Part shown: in pieces, positions 1 through 8,227 of the stretch
Layout: the number at the start of each line of letters is the position of its first letter
Numbering within the stretch: the first letter of the stretch is position 1
NCBI GenBank assembly: GCA_903885595.1
Contig: CAISJJ010000068.1
Location: 10,671-74,670 of the forward strand
Direction: 5' to 3'
DNA length: 64,000 nt
Origin: an uncultured Bacteroidales bacterium
Lineage (GTDB): Bacteria > Bacteroidota > Bacteroidia > Bacteroidales > FEN-979
The notes under the pieces: generated by a model
The model's database searches: none
What the model saw: only the letters and a program-made list of their open reading frames with translations
What the model was told of the DNA's origin: nothing
Program-made: the position numbers and the translations under genes

Positions 1-309
1 CCGCTGGGGACTTTTCGGAATAATAATTTCGAGGATCGTTTTTTTATTCAGGTTCCACTCTTTGACACTGAATGCAACGGCAGGTTTGCAATACATTTTG
101 GCGGCAGCTTCGACCATGTAATACTCCTCTTCCGACCGCACTCCGGCCAATACCCCATTGTCTTTCACGCCAACCAGTAACCGACCGCCATCGGTATTTG
201 CAAATGCTACCAGCGTACGGGCTATTTTATGAGCATCGGCGATCTCGAACTTAAAATCGAGTCGCTGATGTTCTCCTTCGGCAATCAGTTTTGTTATATG
301 ATGTAGCAT
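1..309 (-). CDS. AlbA_2/Schlafen-like (divergent AAA, putative DNA-binding) domain protein, 5' part only; the gene continues past the window start
   Basis: The reverse-strand translation from the ATG at 309..307 reads MLHHITKLIAEGEHQRLDFKFEIADAHKIARTLVAFANTDGGRLLVGVKDNGVLAGV. This is the typical E..FK....ia..vcAfANt.GG.l.iGV.D.G N-terminus of AlbA_2 domain proteins. It is not in the ORF track because it is truncated by the window edge. Its start overlaps the pyrI stop (TAATG). Confidence 0.6.
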   Translation of the reverse strand, partial: MLHHITKLIAEGEHQRLDFKFEIADAHKIARTLVAFANTDGGRLLVGVKDNGVLAGVRSEEEYYMVEAAAKMYCKPAVAFSVKEWNLNKKTILEIIIPKSPQR

Positions 310-776
310 TACCGGAACGAAATATTGTCGCGGGCTGTAATTTTCTCACAATAATGACAACGAAGTTTCAACTCCTTTTTATCGATAACCGTGAATTTTG
401 TGGTGATCTCTTCATTGTTGGTTATACAGTTGGGGTTGAAACATTTTACGATTTTTTCAGCGTAGTCGGGAACTTCAACTTTTTTCTTCTCAATTACAGC
501 AAAGTTCTTAATGATGATCAGCGTGGCCGAAGGTGCAACAAGCGCAATTTTGTTGATTTCATCGCTCTTGAAGAATTTATTGCTGACCTTGATAATGCCT
601 TTTTTACCCATTTTCTGGCTGTCGAGATTGGTTGCGATCAACAGTTGATTCTGGTATTCGGTCAGGTTCAAAATTTTGATGACCTGGAATACGCTTTCCG
701 ATGGGATATGATCGATGACAGTACCATTTTCGATGGCCGATACCTTTAATTCTTTTCTCAAATCTTCTTTTTCCAT
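309..776 (-). CDS. pyrI: aspartate carbamoyltransferase regulatory subunit
   Basis: 155 aa. Contains LKVSAIENGTVIDHIP and the C-terminal Zn-binding pattern CFNPNCIT...RCHYC. Lies directly downstream of pyrB. Confidence 0.9.
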   Translation of the reverse strand: MEKEDLRKELKVSAIENGTVIDHIPSESVFQVIKILNLTEYQNQLLIATNLDSQKMGKKGIIKVSNKFFKSDEINKIALVAPSATLIIIKNFAVIEKKKVEVPDYAEKIVKCFNPNCITNNEEITTKFTVIDKKELKLRCHYCEKITARDNISFR

Positions 777-794
777 GATTTTTCTGTTTTTCTG

Positions 795-1706
795 TTAATC
801 AACAACACCCAGAATGGATGCAAGCAATGCCTGCCGTACGAAAACCCCGTTCAGGGCTTGTGTAAAGTAATAGGCCTTTGGGTTATCATCTACGTCGGTC
901 GTGATCTCATTGACGCGGGGCAGGGGATGCATGATCTTCAGGTTTGCTTTGGCGCTCTCGAGCATATTATTGCGCAAAACATATGCATTTTTCACTTTTT
1001 CATAATCGAGCGGATCTGAAAATCTTTCCTTCTGGATCCGGGTCATATACAGGATGTCTACTTTCGGAATAACTTCGAGCAGCTCAGTATATTGATGGTA
1101 AACCAGGTTTCGTTCCTTGATGTCAATTTTAACCGAACTGGGTAATTTCAGCTCTTGGGGAGAAACAAGATGGAAGGTAGTATTATAGTTGCAGAGAGCC
1201 TGTACCAGCGAATGCACCGTGCGGCCATATTTCAGGTCACCGACAAAGGCGATGTTCAGGTTATCGAGCGAGCCCTGGGTTTTCCTTATCGAATACATGT
1301 CCAATAAGGTTTGCGTGGGGTGCTGGTTTGCTCCATCTCCTGCATTGATTACCGGCACTTTTGATACTTCGCTGGCAAACCGGGCGCTTCCCTCCCTGGG
1401 GTGGCGCATTACAATGATATCGCAGTAGTTGGAAACAGTGAGTATCGTATCACGCAGCGACTCTCCCTTTGTCACACTTGAGCTTGATGCGTCGGTAAAT
1501 CCTATAACCCTGGCGCCCAGGCGTGTAGCTGCACTTTCAAAACTCAAACGTGTACGTGTTGAAGGTTCAAAAAACAGGGTCGCAACAACAAAATCTTCAA
1601 GAATGCGCTGCTTTGGGCGTTTTTCAAATGCACCGGCAAGTTCAAGGATGCGGACATGCTCTTCACGTGTGAAATCATTGATGGAAACTAAGCTTTTATT
1701 TTTCAT
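795..1706 (-). CDS. pyrB: aspartate carbamoyltransferase catalytic subunit
   Basis: 303 aa with the hallmark motifs FFEPSTRTRLSFE, HPTQ and HPLPR. Confidence 0.95.
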   Translation of the reverse strand: MKNKSLVSINDFTREEHVRILELAGAFEKRPKQRILEDFVVATLFFEPSTRTRLSFESAATRLGARVIGFTDASSSSVTKGESLRDTILTVSNYCDIIVMRHPREGSARFASEVSKVPVINAGDGANQHPTQTLLDMYSIRKTQGSLDNLNIAFVGDLKYGRTVHSLVQALCNYNTTFHLVSPQELKLPSSVKIDIKERNLVYHQYTELLEVIPKVDILYMTRIQKERFSDPLDYEKVKNAYVLRNNMLESAKANLKIMHPLPRVNEITTDVDDNPKAYYFTQALNGVFVRQALLASILGVVD

Positions 1707-1739
1707 TTGATCGGTCTTAACGGTTGATGTTCATCTTAA

Positions 1740-1747
1740 CAAAGTTA
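1740..1747 (-). promoter_or_regulatory. candidate Bacteroidota -7 promoter box (TAACTTTG on the minus strand) for pyrBI
   Basis: Matches the TAnnTTTG consensus and lies 34 nt upstream of the pyrB start. Confidence 0.35.
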
Positions 1748-1776
1748 AAAAAAATCCCGGCGAAGACCGGGATTTC
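1745..1776 (-). terminator. Rho-independent terminator after the 1782..3119 gene
   Basis: On the minus strand the stem AATCCCGG / CCGGGATT (1753-1760 pairs with 1767-1774) has a 6-nt loop and is followed by a T8 run (A-run 1747-1754 on plus). It begins a few nt after the stop at 1782. Confidence 0.55.
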
Positions 1777-1781
1777 AATCA

Positions 1782-3119
1782 TTATTTAATTTTGTGTTTT
1801 TTCAGAAAACCATTCAGGATATCATCCAGATCAGGTTTTCCGATTTCCTGGAGATCATAATAAACACGGGTATTTGGTTTTTTGATCTTGATCAGGCGGT
1901 TGAGGTCGATGGGAGTGGCAATGATTACTGAATCGCATTTTACCTTGTTGATCGTGGCTTCAAGATCCTGGATCTGCTGATCACCGTAACCCATTGCAGG
2001 CAAAAGTTGCCCGATGTTTGGATAAATCCGGAATGTCTCGGCTAATTTTCCGACCACATAAGGGCGGGGATCAACGAGCTCGGCAGCGCCATATTTTTGT
2101 GCAGCCACGATACCTGCGCCAATTTTCATTTCACCATGGGTGAGGGTAGGGCCATCCTCAATAACAAGAACCTTCTTGCCGCGGATGATCGATTCATCAT
2201 CAACACGGATGGGGGATGCGCCATCAACGACAACAGCCTTTGGGTTGATTTTCTGGATGTTATCGCGAACGATCTTAATGTTTTCAGGATAGGCGGAGTC
2301 GATTTTATTCAACACCACAACATCTGCAATCCGGATATTAACCTCGCCAGGATAATAATTCAATTCGGCACCAGGACGATGAGGATCGGCTACTGTTACC
2401 ATCAGGTCGGGTTTGTAAAATGGAAAGTCATTGTTGCCGCCATCCCAGAGAATGATGTCACAACCGCTGGGATCTTTTTCAGCAGCACGAAGTATTGCTT
2501 CATAGTCGACCCCGGCATAAATAACATTGCCGCGTACCACATGCGGTTCATATTCTTCCATCTCTTCGATGGTGCACTTGTGCTTTTCGAGATCCTTTAC
2601 CGTAGCAAACCGTTGAACCTTTTGTGCAACAAGGTCTCCGTAAGGCATCGGGTGGCGGATAGCTACAACCTTCAGGCCTTTTGCCATAAGGATCTCGATG
2701 ATACGTCGCGATGTCTGGCTTTTTCCACAACCTGTACGGGTGGCTCCAACTGCAATTACCGGTTTGGTGCTTTTGATCATGGTATCTTTTGGCCCCAGCA
2801 GCATGAAGTTAGAACCGGCGGCGTTGACTACTGAACTGAGATTCATTACCCTTTGATAAGGAACATCGCTGTAGGCAAAGTTGCAGATCTCAACATTGTG
2901 TTTCTTGATCAGGGCAACCAACTCTGATTCAGCATAGATGGGAATGCCCTTTGGATACAGTTTTCCCGCCAGGGCGGCAGGATATTTTCTTCCATCTATG
3001 TCCGGAATTTGCGCAGCTGTAAAAGCTACCACGTTAAATGTCGCGTTGTCGCGATAATACGTGTTGAAATTGTGGAAATCTCTTCCGGCAGCACCAATAA
3101 TAATTACATTTTTTTTCAT
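1782..3119 (-). CDS. P-loop protein of the cyclic 2,3-diphosphoglycerate synthetase-like / GTPase family
   Basis: 445 aa. Has an N-terminal Rossmann-like IIIGAAGRDFHNFN segment and the Walker A motif GATRTGCGKS. Overall it resembles proteins usually annotated as cDPG synthetase family in Bacteroidota. The biochemical function is not established. Confidence 0.55.
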   Translation of the reverse strand: MKKNVIIIGAAGRDFHNFNTYYRDNATFNVVAFTAAQIPDIDGRKYPAALAGKLYPKGIPIYAESELVALIKKHNVEICNFAYSDVPYQRVMNLSSVVNAAGSNFMLLGPKDTMIKSTKPVIAVGATRTGCGKSQTSRRIIEILMAKGLKVVAIRHPMPYGDLVAQKVQRFATVKDLEKHKCTIEEMEEYEPHVVRGNVIYAGVDYEAILRAAEKDPSGCDIILWDGGNNDFPFYKPDLMVTVADPHRPGAELNYYPGEVNIRIADVVVLNKIDSAYPENIKIVRDNIQKINPKAVVVDGASPIRVDDESIIRGKKVLVIEDGPTLTHGEMKIGAGIVAAQKYGAAELVDPRPYVVGKLAETFRIYPNIGQLLPAMGYGDQQIQDLEATINKVKCDSVIIATPIDLNRLIKIKKPNTRVYYDLQEIGKPDLDDILNGFLKKHKIK

Positions 3120-3332
3120 GCTAACCTCGCTTTTTTGTGATGTTAAATATAGTTTGGATTTTGAAATTTTTCATGAGATTGTCTGCAAACCTACTCATTT
3201 TTTGCAAAATACCCAAACAGTAAATAAAAAAATAACTAAGTGCCCGCAGAGTGTTACAGGTTTATATTTTTCATGCACTTTAACCTGCTAATCAACCAGA
3301 AAATAAATGACGATTTTTTCTAAAAATCAGCC

Positions 3333-3340
3333 TAAATTTG
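3333..3340 (+). promoter_or_regulatory. candidate -7 promoter box TAAATTTG for argS
   Basis: Matches TAnnTTTG and lies 20 nt upstream of the argS ATG. Confidence 0.45.
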
Positions 3341-3359
3341 CAACGCAATACCTTGAAAA

Positions 3360-5150
3360 ATGATTGAAACGAAAATTCGGGAACAGACTTGTGATGCAAT
3401 ACGGACTCTTTATAGACATGAGTTGAAGCCTGATTCAATTGGATTGGAAAAGACAAAAAAGGAGATTCCCGGCGATTATACGATCGTGGTATTTGCGTTG
3501 TCAAAAATATCACGGAAATTACCGGAAGCCACCGCAACTGAAATCGGGAATTTTCTTCAGCACAAAATGCCGGAGATTGCGACTTTTAATGTCATCAAAG
3601 GATTTTTAAACCTGGTATTAAACGATCATTTCTGGATAAAATTTTTATCTAAACAAAGCGTTCAGCCGGCTTTTGGATTTCATAAACCACGACACGAACG
3701 TCCGGTTGTATTGGAATATTCTTCGCCAAATACGAACAAACCACTCCATCTTGGCCATATCCGCAACAACCTCCTGGGCTTTTCACTGGCCGAAATACTG
3801 AAGGCCAACGGGCATAAGGTTGTAAAGGCTAACCTGGTAAACGATCGTGGCATCCACATCTGTAAATCGATGCTTGCCTATATGAAATGGGGGCAGCATG
3901 AAACACCTGCTTCAACAGGCATTAAGGGCGATCACCTGATCGGAAAATATTATGTGCTGTTCAACACGAATTATAAATCAGAAATTCATGACCTGATTAT
4001 AAAGGGACTTACAGAGGAGGAGGCAGAACGCCAGGCGCCCCTGATAGTCGAGGCACAGGAGATTCTGCGAAGGTGGGAAGCAAAGGACCCCGTGACAGTT
4101 GATCTGTGGAGGACCATGAACGGCTGGGCATACGAAGGATTTGATGTGACCTACCAGCGCCTCGGGGTTGATTTTGATAAAATTTATCATGAAAGCGAGA
4201 CCTATCTTTTAGGAAAGAAACTGGTGATGGAAGGCCTTCACAATGGGATATTGGTTCAAAAGGATGATGGCAGTATATGGGCCGATCTCAGGAGTGAAGG
4301 ACTGGATGAAAAGCTTTTACTTCGGTCCGATGGAACTTCCGTCTACATGACCCAGGATTTGGGCACCGCACAGTTGAGATACGATGATTACCTTCCTTCC
4401 AACATGATCTATGTTGTGGGAAACGAACAGAATTATCATTTCGATGTGCTGAAAAAAGTGTTGGTAAAACTGGGAAAGAATTACGCTGCTCATATCAATC
4501 ATCTTTCCTATGGAATGGTAGAACTTCCGCAGGGAAAAATGAAGTCGCGTGAGGGGACTGTTGTCGATGCCGACGATCTGCTGGATGAAATGATTCAGAC
4601 AGCTGAAGAGACCACGCGCGAACTTGGGAAAGCAAATGAGCTTACAACAGAGGAAGCTGGTAAGTTATTCAACACCATTGGACTGGGTGCTTTGAAATAT
4701 TTTATACTCAAAGTCGACCCTAAGAAAAACATGCTGTTTGACCCTAAAGAATCGATTGATTTCAACGGCAATACTGGTCCGTTTATCCAATATACCTATG
4801 CTCGCATTCAGTCTCTGCTGGCAAGGGCCAGCGCTGCAGGTTTCTGGTGGGAGGATGCACAAATTTCTTTGAATTTATCCTTGCTGCCACTTGAAAAAGA
4901 GACGATCAAACGGCTCTACCAGTTTCAGGAGGTGGTAATACAGGCCGGCGATGAGTTAAGCCCGGCTGTTATCGCAAATTATGTATACGAACTTGCAAAG
5001 GGTTTTAATCAGATATACCAGGAACTCCCGGTGCTGAAAGAATCAGATGGTGAAAAGGTACTTCTGCGTATTTGTTTGTCAGGTTTTACCGGGAGTGTAA
5101 TTAAAAAATCAATGAAACTCCTCGGGATTGAAGTGCCTGATCGAATGTAA
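3360..5150 (+). CDS. argS: arginine--tRNA ligase
   Basis: 596 aa. Contains the class I HIGH motif region SSPNTNKPLHLGHIRNN, a KMSxxxG-like GKMKSREG segment and a C-terminal DALR anticodon-binding-like region. Confidence 0.95.
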   Translation: MIETKIREQTCDAIRTLYRHELKPDSIGLEKTKKEIPGDYTIVVFALSKISRKLPEATATEIGNFLQHKMPEIATFNVIKGFLNLVLNDHFWIKFLSKQSVQPAFGFHKPRHERPVVLEYSSPNTNKPLHLGHIRNNLLGFSLAEILKANGHKVVKANLVNDRGIHICKSMLAYMKWGQHETPASTGIKGDHLIGKYYVLFNTNYKSEIHDLIIKGLTEEEAERQAPLIVEAQEILRRWEAKDPVTVDLWRTMNGWAYEGFDVTYQRLGVDFDKIYHESETYLLGKKLVMEGLHNGILVQKDDGSIWADLRSEGLDEKLLLRSDGTSVYMTQDLGTAQLRYDDYLPSNMIYVVGNEQNYHFDVLKKVLVKLGKNYAAHINHLSYGMVELPQGKMKSREGTVVDADDLLDEMIQTAEETTRELGKANELTTEEAGKLFNTIGLGALKYFILKVDPKKNMLFDPKESIDFNGNTGPFIQYTYARIQSLLARASAAGFWWEDAQISLNLSLLPLEKETIKRLYQFQEVVIQAGDELSPAVIANYVYELAKGFNQIYQELPVLKESDGEKVLLRICLSGFTGSVIKKSMKLLGIEVPDRM

Positions 5151-5211
5151 AACCTTAACTGCAATTTTCAAAACCCGATTATCTCTGATATTCAGTGTCG
5201 ATATAAATTGT

Positions 5212-5219
5212 TATTTTTG
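5212..5219 (+). promoter_or_regulatory. candidate -7 promoter box TATTTTTG upstream of ffh
   Basis: Matches TAnnTTTG, but it is about 140 nt upstream of the ffh ATG, which would imply a long leader containing the heptamer repeat. Confidence 0.3.
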
Positions 5220-5272
5220 CAACTGCAAATGACAGACAAACGCTTTTTATGTAACCTTTTACCCGATGACAC

Positions 5273-5314
5273 TGTCCCGTGTCCCGTGTCCCGTGTCTGG
5301 TGTCCCGCGACCCG
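5273..5314. repeat. heptanucleotide tandem repeat, (TGTCCCG) x6 with two degenerate units
   Basis: Read directly as TGTCCCG TGTCCCG TGTCCCG TGTCTGG TGTCCCG CGACCCG. It is intergenic, between argS and ffh. Confidence 0.9.
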
Positions 5315-5358
5315 CATTTTGCTATTAACGATTAACCAATAAAATAAATCAATATTCA

Positions 5359-6696
5359 ATGTTCGAAGGATTAAGTGATAAATTAGACAGAGCATTTAAA
5401 GTTCTTAAAGGTCATGGTCATATTTCAGAGATCAATGTTGCCGAGACCTTAAAGGATGTCAGGAAAGCCTTGCTCGATGCCGATGTTAGTTTTAAGATTG
5501 CCAAGCAATTTACCGACCAGGTTAAGGATAAAGCACTTGGACAGAATGTGTTGACAGCTGTTTCGCCAGGGCAGCTGATGGTTAAGATCGTGCATGATGA
5601 ATTAACAGAACTCATGGGCGGTCAGAAAACAGAGCTTAACATCAAGGGAGATCCGGCCATCGTGCTTGTTGCAGGTTTGCAGGGATCAGGAAAAACCACC
5701 TTTTCGGCCAAGCTTGCAAATTATCTCAAAACGAAGAAGGGGAGAAGGGTTTTATTGGTTGCCTGCGATGTTTACCGGCCTGCCGCTATTGAGCAATTAA
5801 AGGTTCTCGGAGGACAAATCGAGGTCGAGGTATATACGGAAGATGCCTCGAACGATCCGGTTAAAATCGCAAAGCGTTCCCTCGTTCATGCCCGGGAACA
5901 TGGGTATAATGTCGTAATTGTCGATACGGCGGGCCGCCTGGCCATCGATGAGGAGATGATGGACGAAATCGCCAACATTAAATCAATCCTCAATCCCCAG
6001 GAAACCCTGTTTGTAGTCGATTCCATGACGGGCCAGGATGCAGTTAACACTGCAAAGGCATTTAACGATCGTCTCGATTATGAAGGGGTGGTATTAACGA
6101 AGCTGGATGGCGATACACGCGGCGGGGCGGCACTAAGCATTAAATCTGTTGTTAACAAACCCATCAAATTTGTGGGTCTTGGCGAAAAAATGGATGCCAT
6201 CGATATTTTCTATCCTGAACGTATGGCCGACCGGATCCTGGGGATGGGCGACATCGTTTCACTGGTAGAGAAGGCACAGGAGCAGTTCGATGAAGAAGAG
6301 GCGCAGAAACTTCAGAAAAAGATAGCAAGGAACCAGTTTGATTTCAATGATTTCCTGGCGCAGATCAAGCAGATTAAAAAGATGGGCAATGTAAAAGACC
6401 TTCTGGGTATGATTCCAGGCATGGGGAAGGCTATTAGGAATCTTGAAATTGACGACAATGCATTTAAGGGGATCGAGGCTATTATACATTCCATGACACC
6501 CGATGAACGTGTTAATCCTGCTGTCTTAAACGGCAGCCGACGGAAACGGATCGCAACCGGTTCAGGAACCACCATCCAGGATGTGAACAGGCTGATAAAA
6601 CAATTCGACGATACGCGGAAAATGATGAAAATGGTCACAGCCAACAAGGGAAAAAACATGGCCAATGTCATGCGGAACATGAAAAACATGAACTAA
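5359..6696 (+). CDS. ffh: signal recognition particle protein
   Basis: 445 aa. Contains the GTPase motifs GLQGSGKTT, DTAGR and TKLDGD, and a Met-rich M domain at the C-terminus. Confidence 0.95.
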   Translation: MFEGLSDKLDRAFKVLKGHGHISEINVAETLKDVRKALLDADVSFKIAKQFTDQVKDKALGQNVLTAVSPGQLMVKIVHDELTELMGGQKTELNIKGDPAIVLVAGLQGSGKTTFSAKLANYLKTKKGRRVLLVACDVYRPAAIEQLKVLGGQIEVEVYTEDASNDPVKIAKRSLVHAREHGYNVVIVDTAGRLAIDEEMMDEIANIKSILNPQETLFVVDSMTGQDAVNTAKAFNDRLDYEGVVLTKLDGDTRGGAALSIKSVVNKPIKFVGLGEKMDAIDIFYPERMADRILGMGDIVSLVEKAQEQFDEEEAQKLQKKIARNQFDFNDFLAQIKQIKKMGNVKDLLGMIPGMGKAIRNLEIDDNAFKGIEAIIHSMTPDERVNPAVLNGSRRKRIATGSGTTIQDVNRLIKQFDDTRKMMKMVTANKGKNMANVMRNMKNMN

Positions 6697-6707
6697 CGCA
6701 CTGATCA

Positions 6708-7589
6708 ATGAAATTGCTTGACGGTAAACTGGTAGCTGACCAGATCAAATCTGAAATTGCCAGAGATGTAAAGGAGAATTTTCTCGATAAGGGGTTCGAT
6801 GCCCCTCACATTGCTGCAGTGCTGGTGGGTGAAGACCCTGCAAGTATGACCTACGTGTCGGCAAAAGAAAAAGCCTGTCATGAAGTGGGATTTGTATCTT
6901 CGGTCTATCGCTATCCTTCAAATATTACCAGGGAAAAGCTGCTTGAAGTAGTAGATTTCCTCAATGCCGATGACGAAATTCATGGTTTTATCGTTCAGTT
7001 GCCTTTGCCGGGTCACATCGATGAACAGAAAATCATTGAAAGGATTGACCCGCTAAAAGATGTTGATGGATTTCACCCGGTAAATATCGGGAAAATGGTG
7101 CTTAACCTTCCATGCTTTTTACCGGCAACTCCACTTGGAATCATCACTTTGCTCGATCGCTGTGGAATTGAAACAGCCGGGAAGCATGTTGTGGTGCTTG
7201 GCAGAAGCCATATTGTTGGCACCCCTGTGAGTATCCTTCTTTCGCGAAAGGCAGATCCGGGTAATGCCACTGTGACGATCTGTCATAGTTTCTCAAAGGA
7301 TATACCTGCTATTGCAGCCCGGGCCGACATTCTTATTGTTGCCATGGGTAAGCTGGGATTTGTGACGCCTGAAATGGTCAAACAGGATGCAGTGGTCATT
7401 GATGTCGGTGTTCACCGGGTTCCTTCAACAGAAACAAAGTCAGGATTCCGTCTGAAAGGGGATGTCGATTTTGACCGTGTTTCACGCAAATGCAGCTATA
7501 TTACACCGGTGCCGGGTGGCGTTGGACCGATGACCATCGTATCATTGCTCCAGAATACCCTGAAAGCAGCAAAAAAAGAAGTTATCTGA
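6708..7589 (+). CDS. folD: bifunctional methylenetetrahydrofolate dehydrogenase / methenyl-THF cyclohydrolase
   Basis: 293 aa. Contains VGEDPAS..YV, VQLPLP and PVPGGVGPMT. Confidence 0.95.
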   Translation: MKLLDGKLVADQIKSEIARDVKENFLDKGFDAPHIAAVLVGEDPASMTYVSAKEKACHEVGFVSSVYRYPSNITREKLLEVVDFLNADDEIHGFIVQLPLPGHIDEQKIIERIDPLKDVDGFHPVNIGKMVLNLPCFLPATPLGIITLLDRCGIETAGKHVVVLGRSHIVGTPVSILLSRKADPGNATVTICHSFSKDIPAIAARADILIVAMGKLGFVTPEMVKQDAVVIDVGVHRVPSTETKSGFRLKGDVDFDRVSRKCSYITPVPGGVGPMTIVSLLQNTLKAAKKEVI

Positions 7590-7645
7590 ATCCCTCCGAA
7601 CAAACACTGGAAATTTTATTACAAGATGGGAAAGTCCTTCCTGTA

Positions 7646-8227
7646 ATGGAGGAATTTTATTCAATCCAGGGAGAGGGTTATAATACAGGTCAGGCAGCAT
7701 TTTTTATCAGGGTTGGAGGTTGTGATGTGGGATGTAAATGGTGCGACGTTAAAGAATCATGGAATGCCACGGCATTTCCGCCTGTATCCACCGACCTGGT
7801 TGTACAGCATGCCATATCTTACACAGCAAAGTCAATAGTGGTCACCGGGGGAGAACCCTTGCTGTATAATATGGACTACCTCTGCCATGAATTGCACAGC
7901 CATGGTATCCGGATTTTTCTTGAAACATCGGGATCGCAGCCACTGAGCGGTAAATGGGACTGGATTTGCGTTTCTCCAAAAAAAGATGCTCCTCCGCTGC
8001 AGGAACTGGCCCTGCAGGCTCATGAACTTAAGGTGATCATTCACGATCAGACTGACTTTCAATGGGGAGAAGAGCAGTCGCAATTGGTTTCCCCGTCATG
8101 TTTGTTGTATTTGCAACCGGAATGGAGCAGGCACAAAACAATGATGCCCGAAATTATCCGTTATATCCACGAAAATCCTAAATGGAGGATATCACTGCAA
8201 AGTCACAAATACATGCACATCCCATGA
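7646..8227 (+). CDS. queE: 7-carboxy-7-deazaguanine synthase (radical SAM)
   Basis: Contains EEFYSIQGEG and the CxxxCxxC cluster GGCDVGCKWCD. The track ORF starts at 7490 inside folD. The first in-frame ATG after the folD stop, at 7646, gives the usual N-terminus. Confidence 0.85.
   Translation: MEEFYSIQGEGYNTGQAAFFIRVGGCDVGCKWCDVKESWNATAFPPVSTDLVVQHAISYTAKSIVVTGGEPLLYNMDYLCHELHSHGIRIFLETSGSQPLSGKWDWICVSPKKDAPPLQELALQAHELKVIIHDQTDFQWGEEQSQLVSPSCLLYLQPEWSRHKTMMPEIIRYIHENPKWRISLQSHKYMHIP

Noticed and set aside
291-749. 152-aa plus-strand ORF
   Set aside because: It lies entirely antisense to pyrI, whose product has unmistakable family motifs. Its own translation is low-complexity with no recognisable motif. 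It is a shadow ORF.
2097-2834. 245-aa plus-strand ORF, with similar long antisense ORFs at 18184-18699, 22467-22844, 36449-36934, 36956-37309, 41700-42053, 53778-54107, 56443-56793, 58161-58511 and 63337-63735
   Set aside because: Each lies fully inside, and antisense to, a gene with strong family signatures (P-loop protein, S8 peptidase, FKBP, histidine kinase, GT fusion, PCP, PGT, uvrB, mutL). None shows a motif of its own.
5192-5395. 67-aa minus-strand ORF spanning the heptamer repeat and the ffh start
   Set aside because: It overlaps the ffh 5' end. Its repeat-encoded segment (…HQTRDTGHGT…) is simply the translated tandem repeat. It has no start context or family resemblance.
7490-7645. 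N-terminal extensions offered by the ORF track for queE (7490), and similarly for the OmpA-like gene (8182) and the small FKBP gene (21045)
   Set aside because: The extensions lie inside the preceding genes (folD, queE, nrnA) in another frame and encode no conserved sequence. Internal starts right after or overlapping the upstream stop give the family-typical N-termini.
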